This document shows, one piece after another, positions 27,394 to 36,556 of a DNA stretch of 64,000 nucleotides. The stretch is from Dehalococcoidia bacterium (GTDB taxonomy: Bacteria; Chloroflexota; Dehalococcoidia; UBA2979): NCBI GenBank assembly GCA_965204835.1, contig OZ242017.1:1091842-1155841 (forward strand), written 5' to 3'. Position 1 is the first letter of the stretch. Each line of letters starts with the position of its first letter. Both the position numbers and the translations under genes were made by a program. The notes under the pieces are model-generated. The model saw only the letters and a list, made by a program, of their open reading frames with translations, ran no database searches and was not told the DNA's origin.

Positions 27394-27789
27394 GTGCCGC
27401 GACTGTTCCGTGTGATCGTGCCCGTGCCGGACATGGCGGCCGCCGACGCCTTCTACAGGCGCGTCCTCGACATCGAGCCCGACGAGGTCACGCCGACGCG
27501 GCACTACTTCGACTGTGGCGGCGTGATCCTCGCGCTCGTCGACCCGTCCGCGCACGGCCGGGCGTTCCGCGCGAATCCAGACCTGGTCTACCTCGCCGTC
27601 CCCGACCTCGAGGCCGCGCTCGAACGCGCGACGGAGGCAGGCGCGCAGCTCCTCGAAGATGACGACGTGGGGTGGGGCATCCAGCAGCGGGTGTGGGGCG
27701 AGCGTAGCGCCTACTTCACCGACCCGTTCGGCAACCCGCTCTGCCTGGTCGACGAGACGACGTTGTTCACGGGGAGCAGCCAGGAGTAG
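27394..27789 (+). CDS. VOC/glyoxalase family protein
   Basis: GTG at 27394 is preceded by GGAGGG at 27384-27389 (VPRLFRVIVPVPDMAAADAFYRRVLDIEPDE...). It is a small betaalphabetabetabeta-module protein. Confidence 0.6.
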   Translation: MPRLFRVIVPVPDMAAADAFYRRVLDIEPDEVTPTRHYFDCGGVILALVDPSAHGRAFRANPDLVYLAVPDLEAALERATEAGAQLLEDDDVGWGIQQRVWGERSAYFTDPFGNPLCLVDETTLFTGSSQE

Positions 27790-27841
27790 CGGGCGCGGGA
27801 CCATTCCCGACCGGCACGACAAGACCTGGCTGATGCGCGTG

Positions 27842-28291
27842 TCAGGCGTCGGCGTCGAAGGTGGCGATATCAATCACCCTGCCGGTCGCCGGACCGAACG
27901 TCCGTAGCATGCCGCGATCCGCAGTAATGACTGGGCAGCTATGGCGTAAGGCCAGGGCGACATACAGGCAGTCGTACGACGGATGCTCAAAAGCGAGCGC
28001 CAACTCAAGCGCCTGCGCGGCGAGCCCTGCGGCCGGCGTGAGTTCGGGTAACGTCCCGAGGAGCGTGTCGAGGGCCTCGCGGGCCTCGTCGCGCGTGAGG
28101 TCGCCACGCAGGTGTGCGCTCTTCCAGAGGATGTTGGTGACCTCGGGCACGTACACGTCCGGGGCCAGAAGGCTCGTGTCTCCCCGAGTGGCGCTATCGA
28201 GCAGTGCGATTGCACGGTCGGAGTCTGGCTCGGCCACTGCCCACTTCGCGCCGACCGAGGCGTCTACAACGAGCGTCTCGGCCGGGGTCAA
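27842..28291 (-). CDS. vapC: PIN-domain toxin VapC
   Basis: PIN acidic residues are present (LVVDASV...EV...D..YVALAL...ITAD). The TTG start at 28291 overlaps the vapB stop as TTGA. Confidence 0.75.
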   Translation of the reverse strand: MTPAETLVVDASVGAKWAVAEPDSDRAIALLDSATRGDTSLLAPDVYVPEVTNILWKSAHLRGDLTRDEAREALDTLLGTLPELTPAAGLAAQALELALAFEHPSYDCLYVALALRHSCPVITADRGMLRTFGPATGRVIDIATFDADA

Positions 28292-28551
28292 CGGTCGCGG
28301 TCTTCGCGGATGAGCGGCCAACTCTCGTCCAGCGGCCCTCCGTTGCGCTCCTCGATGCGCGCCCGCAGTGCGTTCATCTGCGGGATGATGTCGCGGGCGC
28401 GCTTCCGCCACTCACGCTGCTCGGCGAGCTGCTGCAGCGCTGCGCGCACCAGGGCGTTCATGCTTGTACTTTTTTCGGCTGCTTCTTCGCGGAGTGCCTC
28501 CATGACGTCGTCGGGCACGTTCCTGACAGTGATCTGGGCCATCTGGTTCAC
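28288..28551 (-). CDS. vapB: Ribbon-helix-helix antitoxin VapB (Arc/FitA-like)
   Basis: N-terminus (MAQITVRNVPDDVMEALREEAAEKSTSMNALVRAAL) is an RHH fold. It overlaps the downstream PIN gene by 4 nt. Confidence 0.75.
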   Translation of the reverse strand: MNQMAQITVRNVPDDVMEALREEAAEKSTSMNALVRAALQQLAEQREWRKRARDIIPQMNALRARIEERNGGPLDESWPLIREDRDR

Positions 28552-28567
28552 CTGGCGATCGCGAACT

Positions 28568-28596
28568 GCATGCTTCTATGGATGCATTATGCATGC
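28568..28596. promoter_or_regulatory. Nested palindromes GCATGC-N8-ATGCATtATGCATGC in the AT-rich region immediately upstream of vapB; putative VapB operator and promoter
   Basis: ATGCATTATGCAT is a 13-nt perfect palindrome flanked by two GCATGC sites. It lies 17-45 nt upstream of the vapB start. RHH antitoxins bind inverted repeats to autorepress. Confidence 0.45.
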
Positions 28597-28674
28597 TCAA
28601 CACTGACGCCAGCAATGTGACGTCGTCCTCGAGATCACCCAGGGAGAACCGAATCTGCATGCGACCCGCGCCGG

Positions 28675-29913
28675 CTACTCCTCGCCCGGCGCGGCGAGGC
28701 GCAACGGGTCCGTCGGCTCGCCGAGGAGTTGCTGGCGCGCTTGCACCTCCAGCGGCAGCCCCCACAGCTTGATGAAGCCGAGCGCGGCCTGCTGGTCGAA
28801 GTCGTCCTCCGAGCCGTACGTCGCCAGTGCGTAGTTGTAGAGGCTGCGGTCCGAGCGGCTCCCGACGGCGTCGGCGTGCCCGCGCCACAGCCGCACGCGC
28901 ACCTCGCCCGTCACGTGGCGCTGCGTCGACCGCACGTAGGCGGCGAGGTCCTGGTGGTGCGCGCTGAACCACAGGCCGTTGTAGACCAGGTCCGCGTACT
29001 CCTGCGCGACCCGCGCCTTCATGCGCATCTGGTCCTTGGACAGTGTGAGCGTCTCCAGCTTGCGGTGCGCGGCCAGCAGCGTCACCGCAGCGGGCGCCTC
29101 GTACACCTCGCGGGACTTGATGCCCACCAGGCGGTTCTCGACCATGTCGAGCCGCCCGACGCCGTGCTCGCCGGCCACCTCGTTGAGCCGGTCGACGAGG
29201 TCCACGGGCGTGACCCGGTCACCGTCGAGGGATACGGGCATGCCCTGCTCGAAACCGATTACGATCTCCGCGGCCTCGGCCGGGGTGTCGTCGATGGGGC
29301 GCGTCCACTGGTAGGCGTCCTCGGGCGGGGTCACCCACGGGTCCTCGAGCGCGCCCGCCTCGATGGCGCGGCCCCACATGTTCTCGTCGATGGAGTACGG
29401 CGAGCGCTCGCCGCCCTCGACGGAGATGCCGTGCTCGCGGCAGTACGCGAGCGCCTCGTCGCGCGTCCACTGGTGCTCGCGCGCCGTGCCCACGATGGTC
29501 AGGTTCGGCGCGAGCGTGGCGAGCGCGACGTCGAAGCGCACCTGGTCGTTGCCCTTGCCTGTGCAGCCGTGCGCGACGGCCGTCGCGCCCACCTCGCGCG
29601 CCTTGTCGACGAGCAGCTTCGCGATGAGCGGCCGTCCGAGGGCCGTCGCGAGGGGGTACTCGCCCTCGTAGACCGCGTTGGCGGCCAGCCCGGGGAAGGC
29701 GAAGTAGCGCAGGAAGTCGTCGCGCGCGTCGACGACGGCATACTCGATGGCGCCTGCCTCGTTCGCCCGCTGCTCGGCGCCCTCCATGTCCTCGACGTTG
29801 CCGAGGTCGATGAGCAGGCAGATCACCTCGTAGCCGCGGTCCTCCTGCAGCCACTTCGTGGCTGCGGACGTGTCGAGGCCGCCTGAGTAGGCAAGGACGA
29901 TGCGTTCGGCCAT
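28675..29913 (-). CDS. argG: Argininosuccinate synthase
   Basis: MAERIVLAYSGGLDTSAATKWL carries the PP-loop SGGLDTS. 412 aa. Confidence 0.9.
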   Translation of the reverse strand: MAERIVLAYSGGLDTSAATKWLQEDRGYEVICLLIDLGNVEDMEGAEQRANEAGAIEYAVVDARDDFLRYFAFPGLAANAVYEGEYPLATALGRPLIAKLLVDKAREVGATAVAHGCTGKGNDQVRFDVALATLAPNLTIVGTAREHQWTRDEALAYCREHGISVEGGERSPYSIDENMWGRAIEAGALEDPWVTPPEDAYQWTRPIDDTPAEAAEIVIGFEQGMPVSLDGDRVTPVDLVDRLNEVAGEHGVGRLDMVENRLVGIKSREVYEAPAAVTLLAAHRKLETLTLSKDQMRMKARVAQEYADLVYNGLWFSAHHQDLAAYVRSTQRHVTGEVRVRLWRGHADAVGSRSDRSLYNYALATYGSEDDFDQQAALGFIKLWGLPLEVQARQQLLGEPTDPLRLAAPGEE

Positions 29914-29943
29914 CAGTGTGTCTCCATCACTGGTCGTGTGTAG

Positions 29944-30342
29944 CTATGCCTCGCCGCCGGTGGGCGAGCCGAGTTCGACGATGATCCCGTCCGGGTCGCG
30001 CACGTACGCGACGGTCTGCCCCCACGGCTTCTCGACGGGCTCCGCGAGCGGCGTCGCGCCTGCCTCGACGGCGTGCGCGTACGCGCCGGCCACGTCCTCG
30101 ACCTCGAAGCCGATCTCGAACGCCGCGGGCGGCAGCCCGGGGTCGTTCTCGCGGATCGGCGGCGCGAAGTTCGAGGCGGCCATCGAGTTGGCCGCCAGGC
30201 CGAGCGCGGTCTCGCCGGTCTCGAGTTCCGCGTAGTCGCCGCCCTCTGCCGCGAAGCGCAGGCCGACGCCGAACGCGCGCTCGTAGAAGCGCACGGACGC
30301 CTCCACGTCGCGCACGTAGACGATCGCCCAGCGGAACTGCAC
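29944..30342 (-). CDS. VOC/glyoxalase family protein
   Basis: 132 aa (WAIVYVRDVEASVRFYERAFGV...DPDGIIVEL) inserted between argD and argG. Confidence 0.65.
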   Translation of the reverse strand: MQFRWAIVYVRDVEASVRFYERAFGVGLRFAAEGGDYAELETGETALGLAANSMAASNFAPPIRENDPGLPPAAFEIGFEVEDVAGAYAHAVEAGATPLAEPVEKPWGQTVAYVRDPDGIIVELGSPTGGEA

Positions 30343-30345
30343 TGG

Positions 30346-31533
30346 CTAGCCGGTGACTTCGGCGATGGCGCCGTCGATGATGTCGACCACCTGGTCGATC
30401 TCCTCGGCGCTGACGTTGAGCGGCGGCATCATCCGCACCACGTCGGGGCGCACCGGGTTGAGCAGCGCGCCGCGCGACACGGACTCGACGACGACCTGCG
30501 GGGCGATCGGCTCGTTAAGCTCGAGGCCGATCAGCAGCCCCCGCCCGCGCACGCCGCGCACCACGCTGTGCTTCTCGCCGAGCGCGGCCAGGCGGCTCGC
30601 GGCCTGCTCACCGCGGGCGCGGACGTTGGCGAGCGTGTCGCCCTCGACCACCCGGCGCAGCACGTGGGCCGCGGCGGCGGTGGCCAGCGGCTGCCCGCCG
30701 AAGGTGGAGCCGTGGTCGCCGGGCTCGAAGACCGAAGCTGCCTCGGTGGCCATCATCGCGGCCACGGGCACGCCCCCGCCGAGCGCCTTGGCGCTGGTCA
30801 TGATGTCCGGGATGATGCCCGCCTGCTCGTGCGCCCACAGCGTGCCGGTGCGGCCCATGCCGACCTGCACCTCGTCGAGGATGAGCAGCATGCCCTGCTC
30901 GTCGCACCACTCGCGCACGGCGCGGAGGTAGTTGTCGGCGGGGACGTTGATGCCGCCCTCGCCCTGGATCGGCTCGAGCATGACGGCGGCGGTGTGCTCG
31001 TTCGTCGCGGACTGGATCGCCTCGACGTCGTCGAAGTCGACGTAGACGAAGCCCGGCACGAGCGGCTCGAAGGGCTCGCGGTAGGCGGGCGTACCGGTGG
31101 CGGCGACGGTCGCCATCGTGCGGCCGTGGAAGCCGTTCTGCGCGACGACGATCTCGTGCGCGCCGTTGCGGTTGAGGCGGCCCCACTTACGGGCGAGCTT
31201 GAGTGCGGCCTCGTTGGCCTCGGCGCCCGAGTTGGCGAAGAAGACGCGGTCCATCGCCGAGTGGTCGATGAGCAGCTGGGCCAGCTCGATCTGCGGCTCG
31301 GTGAAGAAGATGTTCGAGACGTGGATCAGCGTGCGCGCCTGCTCCGCGATCACCTCGGCGAGTTCGGGGTCGGAGTGCCCGAAGGTGCAGGAGGCGATGC
31401 CGGCAACGAAGTCGAGGTACTCCTTGCCCTCGTCGTCCCAGACGCGGGTGCCTTCGCCGCGCACGAGCGTGACCGGGACGCGCCGCGCGGCCTGCATGTA
31501 GAGCTGGGCTTCCAGGGCCTGGGTATCCGTCAC
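30346..31533 (-). CDS. argD: Acetylornithine aminotransferase
   Basis: Class III aminotransferase. The PLP lysine context (DIMTSAKALGGGVP) and N-terminal pattern match ArgD. 395 aa. Confidence 0.85.
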   Translation of the reverse strand: MTDTQALEAQLYMQAARRVPVTLVRGEGTRVWDDEGKEYLDFVAGIASCTFGHSDPELAEVIAEQARTLIHVSNIFFTEPQIELAQLLIDHSAMDRVFFANSGAEANEAALKLARKWGRLNRNGAHEIVVAQNGFHGRTMATVAATGTPAYREPFEPLVPGFVYVDFDDVEAIQSATNEHTAAVMLEPIQGEGGINVPADNYLRAVREWCDEQGMLLILDEVQVGMGRTGTLWAHEQAGIIPDIMTSAKALGGGVPVAAMMATEAASVFEPGDHGSTFGGQPLATAAAAHVLRRVVEGDTLANVRARGEQAASRLAALGEKHSVVRGVRGRGLLIGLELNEPIAPQVVVESVSRGALLNPVRPDVVRMMPPLNVSAEEIDQVVDIIDGAIAEVTG

Positions 31534-31654
31534 GCTGCTCTCCCGTACTCCGTGCGCCGTCTGTGATCCGCGTGCCGAGGCACAACGGACAGCTTACCCG
31601 TCGTGGCCGTTTGGGGCTTGGCGCGGGGCCCGCCTCGAGGGCGTCTCTTCGCGC

Positions 31655-34318
31655 CTACTGCTCGTTCTGCAGCCGCTCGATCTCGTCGAGGATGGCGCGC
31701 AGCCGGTTGAGTTCGTCCTGGGCCGCGTCTGAGGCGTCCTGCGCCTGCCGTAACAGGTTGTCGAGGTCGCCTGTTGGTATCACCACGTCGGCAGTGTCGT
31801 CGTCGCGCGGCGGTGCGGGCGTCGGCGCGACCGAGCTGTCGCTGCCTGGCAGCGAGGAGGCGCGACGGCCGAAGACCACGTCGAGCGAGCGCTGGAACGT
31901 CTGCTCCATCGCGATGTTGTTGCCGTTGGCGACGACGACGCGCTTCAGCTCCGGGATCCTCGAGCTCTCGGCCTGCAGGTAGATGGGCTCGACGAACAGG
32001 AACGAGTCGCCGATGGGGATCATGAGCAGGTTGCCGCGGATCACCTCGGAGCCCGCGCCCTCCCACAGCGTGAGCTGCGCGGAGATGCCCGGGTCCTGGT
32101 CGATGCGGGCCTCGATCTGTGCGGGGCCGAAGACGAGGTCGTCGGTCGGGAAGCGGTAGGCACGCAGCGAGCCGAGGTTCTCGCCGTCGGAGCGACCGGC
32201 GAGCCACGCGATGGTGTTCTGCTTGTTGCGCGGCGTGAACGGCATGATCAGCGAGAATTCCTCGGTCTCCTCGCCGGGGAGCTTCATGATCACGTAGTAG
32301 GGCTCGAGCGGCTGCTCCTGCTGGCGGAACTTCTCCGTGGGGATGTTCCACAGGTCCTCGCCGAGGAAGAACACGCGCGGGTCGGTGATGTGGTAGCGCA
32401 GGTACTGCTGCGCCTGGAGCTGGAACATGTCCTCCGGGTAGCGCAGGTGCGACTGGAGGAACGCCGGCATCTCGTCCCGGTCCGTGAAGAGGTCCGGGAA
32501 GATCTTCGCCCATGTCGTGGCGACCGGGTCGTTCGGGTCCATGAGGTAGAAGGTCATGTCGCCGGTCTCGGCGTCGACCACGACCTTCACGCTGTTGCGG
32601 ATGTAGTTGACGGTCCCGAGGTGCTGCGAGTACGGGAAGTCGCCGGAGACCGTGTACGCGTCCTGGATCCACAGCAGCCCGCCGTCGGCGATGACGATGT
32701 ACGGGTCGCTGTCGAGCCGCAGGAACGGCGCCACCTTCGTGATGCGGTCGCCGAGCGAGCGGTGCATCAGCAGCGTCGACTCGCCCGTGATGCGGCCGGA
32801 GATGAGCAGGTTGCGGTCTCCGAGCTGCCACGCGAGCGCGAAGCGCCGCAGCAGGTTCGAGAGCTGGATGCCCCGATCCGGCTCGTAGACCGTCTCGACG
32901 GTCGATTCGCCGTCGGGGTAGTCGAACTCGTTCTCCTTCGTCTTGACGATGATGTAGTGGTCGGTGAGCTCGCCGAAGTAGATGCGCGCGCCCTCGGCCG
33001 TGAGCGGCACATCGTCGCCGACCGGCGGGATGTCGCGCGTCCACAGCACGGGCAGGCCCTCCGAGGTGATCTCGTTGACCGGCGCCACGACGGCGCCGAA
33101 GCCGTGCGTGAACTGCAGCCGCTCCTGCGTCCACCCGGAGCCCGCGGTCTGCGAGGCGCGCCGCAGGTCCAGCTCGCGCGGGGCCAGCATCACCTGCTGC
33201 TGCTCGCCGTCGATCACATAGCGGTCAACATCTACGTCCTCGAACGTGTAGAGCGGCCGGATCGACTGGATCTGCGTGAACGTGTCGCGCGTGGGCCGCG
33301 CGTCGAGGAGGCGGATGTTGGAGAGCGTCGCCTCGTTGGCGGCGATCTCCTCCTCGGTGACCTGGGCCTCGGCGGGGAACGTCGTGACCTCGATGTCGCT
33401 CAGGCCCCACGCCAGCCGCGTCATGTCGATGTTGCGGTCGATGTAGAGCTCTTCCTTCTCGAGCTCGTTGGGGTCGACCTGGAAGGACTGCACGAACGAC
33501 GGGTAGACGAACCCGCCGACGATGCCGGCGACGACCCAGAGGCCGATGGTGAAGACCGGGATCCGCCAGCTGCCGCTCAGGAGCGAGTTGGCGATGGTCG
33601 CGAGACCCGCGAAGGCGCCGAGCGCGACCATGGCGTAGCGCGCCGGGAGGCGCGCGGTGATGTCGGTGTAGGTCGCGCCCGTCACGATCCCGAGCCGCGA
33701 TGTGGCGAGGTCGAACGCGGAGAGGTACGTCCCCACCGCGATGACCAGCAGGATCAGGCCGACGAGCACCGAGATGTGGATGCGCATGCCGCGCGGCACG
33801 TGCAGCTCGAAGCGCTGCAGCGAGTACGTCAGCGCGTACACCGAGCCGGCGCCGAGCGCCGAGACCACGAGCAGCGAGAGCACCCAGCCCTGGAAGAGGT
33901 GCAGCGCCGGCAGGTCGAACATGTAGAACGAGACGTCGCGGTTGAACGCGGGGTCGTCCACGCCGAAGTCGACGGCGTACCACCACGACAGCACCGTCTC
34001 CCACGAGCCGGCCGCGACCGCGCCGAAGATGATCGCGAGGAACAGCGTCATCGCGATCATCACCACGGAGACGACGCGCCGGATGGCGTCGGGGTCGACG
34101 TCCTCGATGAACGACTCCTCGAAGCCCTGCGGCGCGAGCCGGCGTGCGAGCCAGATGTTGAAGCCGAGCACGACGAGCGTGATCAGCGTGCCGATCACGA
34201 ACAGCATCGCGCGCGCGGTCAGGACGCGCTGGAAGTTGCTCGCGTAGTCGACCGAGTCGAACCACAGGAAGTCGACGTAGATCGACTTGGCGACGTTCGC
34301 CGCCACGAAGAGCAGCAC
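31655..34318 (-). CDS. UPF0182 family large membrane protein; N-terminus probably extends upstream of 34318
   Basis: About 890 aa with seven or more N-terminal TM helices and a conserved C-terminal region (YVIMKLPGEETEEFSLIMPFTPRNKQNTIAWLAGRSDGENLG), matching actinobacterial UPF0182 proteins. The in-frame upstream sequence (RIGGANNFRSPISLRWIGLLAAVV) matches the family N-terminus but contains no canonical start. Confidence 0.75.
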   Translation of the reverse strand: MLLFVAANVAKSIYVDFLWFDSVDYASNFQRVLTARAMLFVIGTLITLVVLGFNIWLARRLAPQGFEESFIEDVDPDAIRRVVSVVMIAMTLFLAIIFGAVAAGSWETVLSWWYAVDFGVDDPAFNRDVSFYMFDLPALHLFQGWVLSLLVVSALGAGSVYALTYSLQRFELHVPRGMRIHISVLVGLILLVIAVGTYLSAFDLATSRLGIVTGATYTDITARLPARYAMVALGAFAGLATIANSLLSGSWRIPVFTIGLWVVAGIVGGFVYPSFVQSFQVDPNELEKEELYIDRNIDMTRLAWGLSDIEVTTFPAEAQVTEEEIAANEATLSNIRLLDARPTRDTFTQIQSIRPLYTFEDVDVDRYVIDGEQQQVMLAPRELDLRRASQTAGSGWTQERLQFTHGFGAVVAPVNEITSEGLPVLWTRDIPPVGDDVPLTAEGARIYFGELTDHYIIVKTKENEFDYPDGESTVETVYEPDRGIQLSNLLRRFALAWQLGDRNLLISGRITGESTLLMHRSLGDRITKVAPFLRLDSDPYIVIADGGLLWIQDAYTVSGDFPYSQHLGTVNYIRNSVKVVVDAETGDMTFYLMDPNDPVATTWAKIFPDLFTDRDEMPAFLQSHLRYPEDMFQLQAQQYLRYHITDPRVFFLGEDLWNIPTEKFRQQEQPLEPYYVIMKLPGEETEEFSLIMPFTPRNKQNTIAWLAGRSDGENLGSLRAYRFPTDDLVFGPAQIEARIDQDPGISAQLTLWEGAGSEVIRGNLLMIPIGDSFLFVEPIYLQAESSRIPELKRVVVANGNNIAMEQTFQRSLDVVFGRRASSLPGSDSSVAPTPAPPRDDDTADVVIPTGDLDNLLRQAQDASDAAQDELNRLRAILDEIERLQNEQ

Positions 34319-34448
34319 GACGGCCGCGAGGAGTCCGATCCAGCGCAGCGAGATGGGTGAGCGGAAGTTGTTCGCCCCGCCGATCCGGAACGGCTCGTCG
34401 GGTGGCCCGAGTGGGCCGCGGTCTTCCCGGTCCTCGAAGAAGCCCAGG

Positions 34449-35234
34449 TTACACCTCGATCCGTGTGCCGAGCGCTTCGCCCGCTGCGATCCGCTCCAGT
34501 GTACGCCGCGCGCGGCCCTGCGCCACGTGCACGCGCACCTCTTCCTCGGCCGCGCGCAGGCTGGCGTCGATCTTGGGCAGCATTCCGCCCGCCAGCGTAC
34601 CTGCCTCGCGCAACGTCGATGCCTGCTCGCCGCCCAGGGTCTCGATGAGATCTCCGTCGCCGTCGAGGACGCCGTCCACGTCGGTCATGAAGACCAGCAG
34701 CCGCGCCCGCAGCGCGCGGGCGACCTCGCCGGCGACCGTGTCGGCGTTGATGTTGAGCGGCTGGCTCGGCGGCTCCAGCCCGATCGGGGCGATCACCGGG
34801 ATCGCGCCGCCCTCGAGGATCGGGTGCAGCACCGAGGCGTCGATGCCCGTGATCTCGCCGACGAAGCCGAGCCGCTCGTCGGCGCGGCGCGCCTGCACGA
34901 GCCCGCCGTCGACGCCCGAGACGCCGACCGCGCGGCCGCCGAGGCGCACGATCTCGCTCACGAGCCGCGTGTTCACGACGCCGCGCAGCACGCCGATCAC
35001 CACCTCCAGCGCCTCCTCGCTCGTCGCGCGCAGGCCGTCGACGAAGACGGCCGGGACATCGAGGCGCTCAAGCCAGTCCGTGATCATCGCGCCGCCGCCG
35101 TGGACGACGATGGGGTAGTAGCCCTCGCCACGGAGCGCGACGACGTCGACGAGCGTGGTGTCCTCGTCGCCGAGGGTGGAGCCGCCGATCTTGACGACGA
35201 TCATGCGGTCGCTGGTGATGGGTGGGTCGGTCAT
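34449..35234 (-). CDS. argB: Acetylglutamate kinase
   Basis: MIVVKIGGSTLGD...VVHGGG are amino-acid kinase family motifs. The ATG at 35234 overlaps the argJ stop as ATGA. Confidence 0.9.
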   Translation of the reverse strand: MTDPPITSDRMIVVKIGGSTLGDEDTTLVDVVALRGEGYYPIVVHGGGAMITDWLERLDVPAVFVDGLRATSEEALEVVIGVLRGVVNTRLVSEIVRLGGRAVGVSGVDGGLVQARRADERLGFVGEITGIDASVLHPILEGGAIPVIAPIGLEPPSQPLNINADTVAGEVARALRARLLVFMTDVDGVLDGDGDLIETLGGEQASTLREAGTLAGGMLPKIDASLRAAEEEVRVHVAQGRARRTLERIAAGEALGTRIEV

Positions 35235-36556
35235 GTCGTGTAGTCCGCGTTGATGCTCACGTACTCGGCGGTCAGGTCGCATCCCCACGCCGTCGCGGTC
35301 GCCTCACCGCAGGCCAGGTCGATGCGGATCGTGACCTCCTCGGTGTCCATGGCGGCGGAGATCTCCGCCTCGCTCGTCGCGGCCGGCGCGCCGCGGTCGA
35401 ACGCGACGTGCTCGCCGATCCACACGCTGGCGGCGGCAAGGTCGATCGAGGCGCCCGAGCGCCCAGCGGCCATGAGCACGCGCCCCCAGTTCGGGTCGCG
35501 GCCGGTCACCATCGTCTTCACGAGCGGCGACGAGCTGATCGTGCGAGCGCACAGCCGCGCGTCCCCGGCGCTCGCCGCGCCCTCGACCACCACCGTGATG
35601 AGCGTGTTCGCCCCCTCGCCGTCGCGCGCGAGCTGGCGCGCGAGGTCCACCGAGACCGCCTCGACGGCGCGTTCGAGGGCGTCTGCCGCGGGGTGCCCGT
35701 CGCGGACGGGCTCGCCGCCTGCCGCGCCGCTGGCGAGCAGCAGCACGGTGTCGGACGTCGAGGTGTCCATGTCCACGTCGACCATGTTGAAGGAGCGGTC
35801 GCAGACGCGGCGCAGCGTGGCCTGGAGCCACTCGCGGTCGGCGGGCGCGTCGGTGGTGAGGAAGCCGAACATCGTCGCCATGTCGGGGTGGATCATCCCC
35901 GACCCCTTGGCGACGCCGCCGACGGTGTAGGTGCGGCCGTCCACTTCGACGCGGACGGCGGCCTCCTTGGGGTGCGTGTCGGTGGTCATAATCGCGCGCG
36001 CGAACGCCTCGCCGCCCGACTCCGAGACCTCGACGGCGTCGATGCCGGCCTCGATGCGGTCCATCGGGAGGAGGCGGCCGATCACGCCTGTCGAGCCGAC
36101 GAGCACGTGCTCCGTGTCGACGCCGAGCTTCGCGGCGGCGAGCGCGGTCATGCGCAGCGCGTCCTCGACGCCCTGCGCGCCCGTCGCGACGTTCGAGCAG
36201 CCGGAGTTGGCGACGATGGCGCGCGCGACGCCACCCGCCGCCCGCTCGCGGGTGAGCCGCACCGGCTCGCCGACGACGGCGTTGCGCGTGTAGACGCCCG
36301 CGACGGTGCACGGGCGGTCGGCGGCGAGGATGCCCACGTCGAGGCGCGGCTCGGGGCCGTAGGTCTTGATGCCGGCGTAGCTGCCGCCCGCGACGAACCC
36401 CGCGGGCGCGGTCACGCCGCCCTCGATGGTCTCGATGCGCGCCTCGACGGCCTGCGGGGGGTTGGTCAAGCGTGGCTCCCGTCCGGCGACTGAGTATAGG
36501 CAGCGATGCCGCTTGTGCTCAGCCTGCCGGGATCGCCTCGGCTCAGGCCGGGGCAA
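35231..36556 (-). CDS. argJ: Bifunctional glutamate N-acetyltransferase / amino-acid acetyltransferase
   Basis: ArgJ autoproteolytic-site region (ATLRRVCDRSFNMVDVDMDTSTSDTVLLLASG). The start is either ATG 36556 or TTG 36469. Confidence 0.85.
   Translation of the reverse strand: MPRPEPRRSRQAEHKRHRCLYSVAGREPRLTNPPQAVEARIETIEGGVTAPAGFVAGGSYAGIKTYGPEPRLDVGILAADRPCTVAGVYTRNAVVGEPVRLTRERAAGGVARAIVANSGCSNVATGAQGVEDALRMTALAAAKLGVDTEHVLVGSTGVIGRLLPMDRIEAGIDAVEVSESGGEAFARAIMTTDTHPKEAAVRVEVDGRTYTVGGVAKGSGMIHPDMATMFGFLTTDAPADREWLQATLRRVCDRSFNMVDVDMDTSTSDTVLLLASGAAGGEPVRDGHPAADALERAVEAVSVDLARQLARDGEGANTLITVVVEGAASAGDARLCARTISSSPLVKTMVTGRDPNWGRVLMAAGRSGASIDLAAASVWIGEHVAFDRGAPAATSEAEISAAMDTEEVTIRIDLACGEATATAWGCDLTAEYVSINADYTT

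Noticed and set aside
31534-31654. 120-nt intergenic region between UPF0182 and argD that might hold a small RNA or riboswitch.
   Set aside because: Only weak imperfect stems were found, with no recognisable riboswitch consensus. Most likely it is just the argD promoter region.
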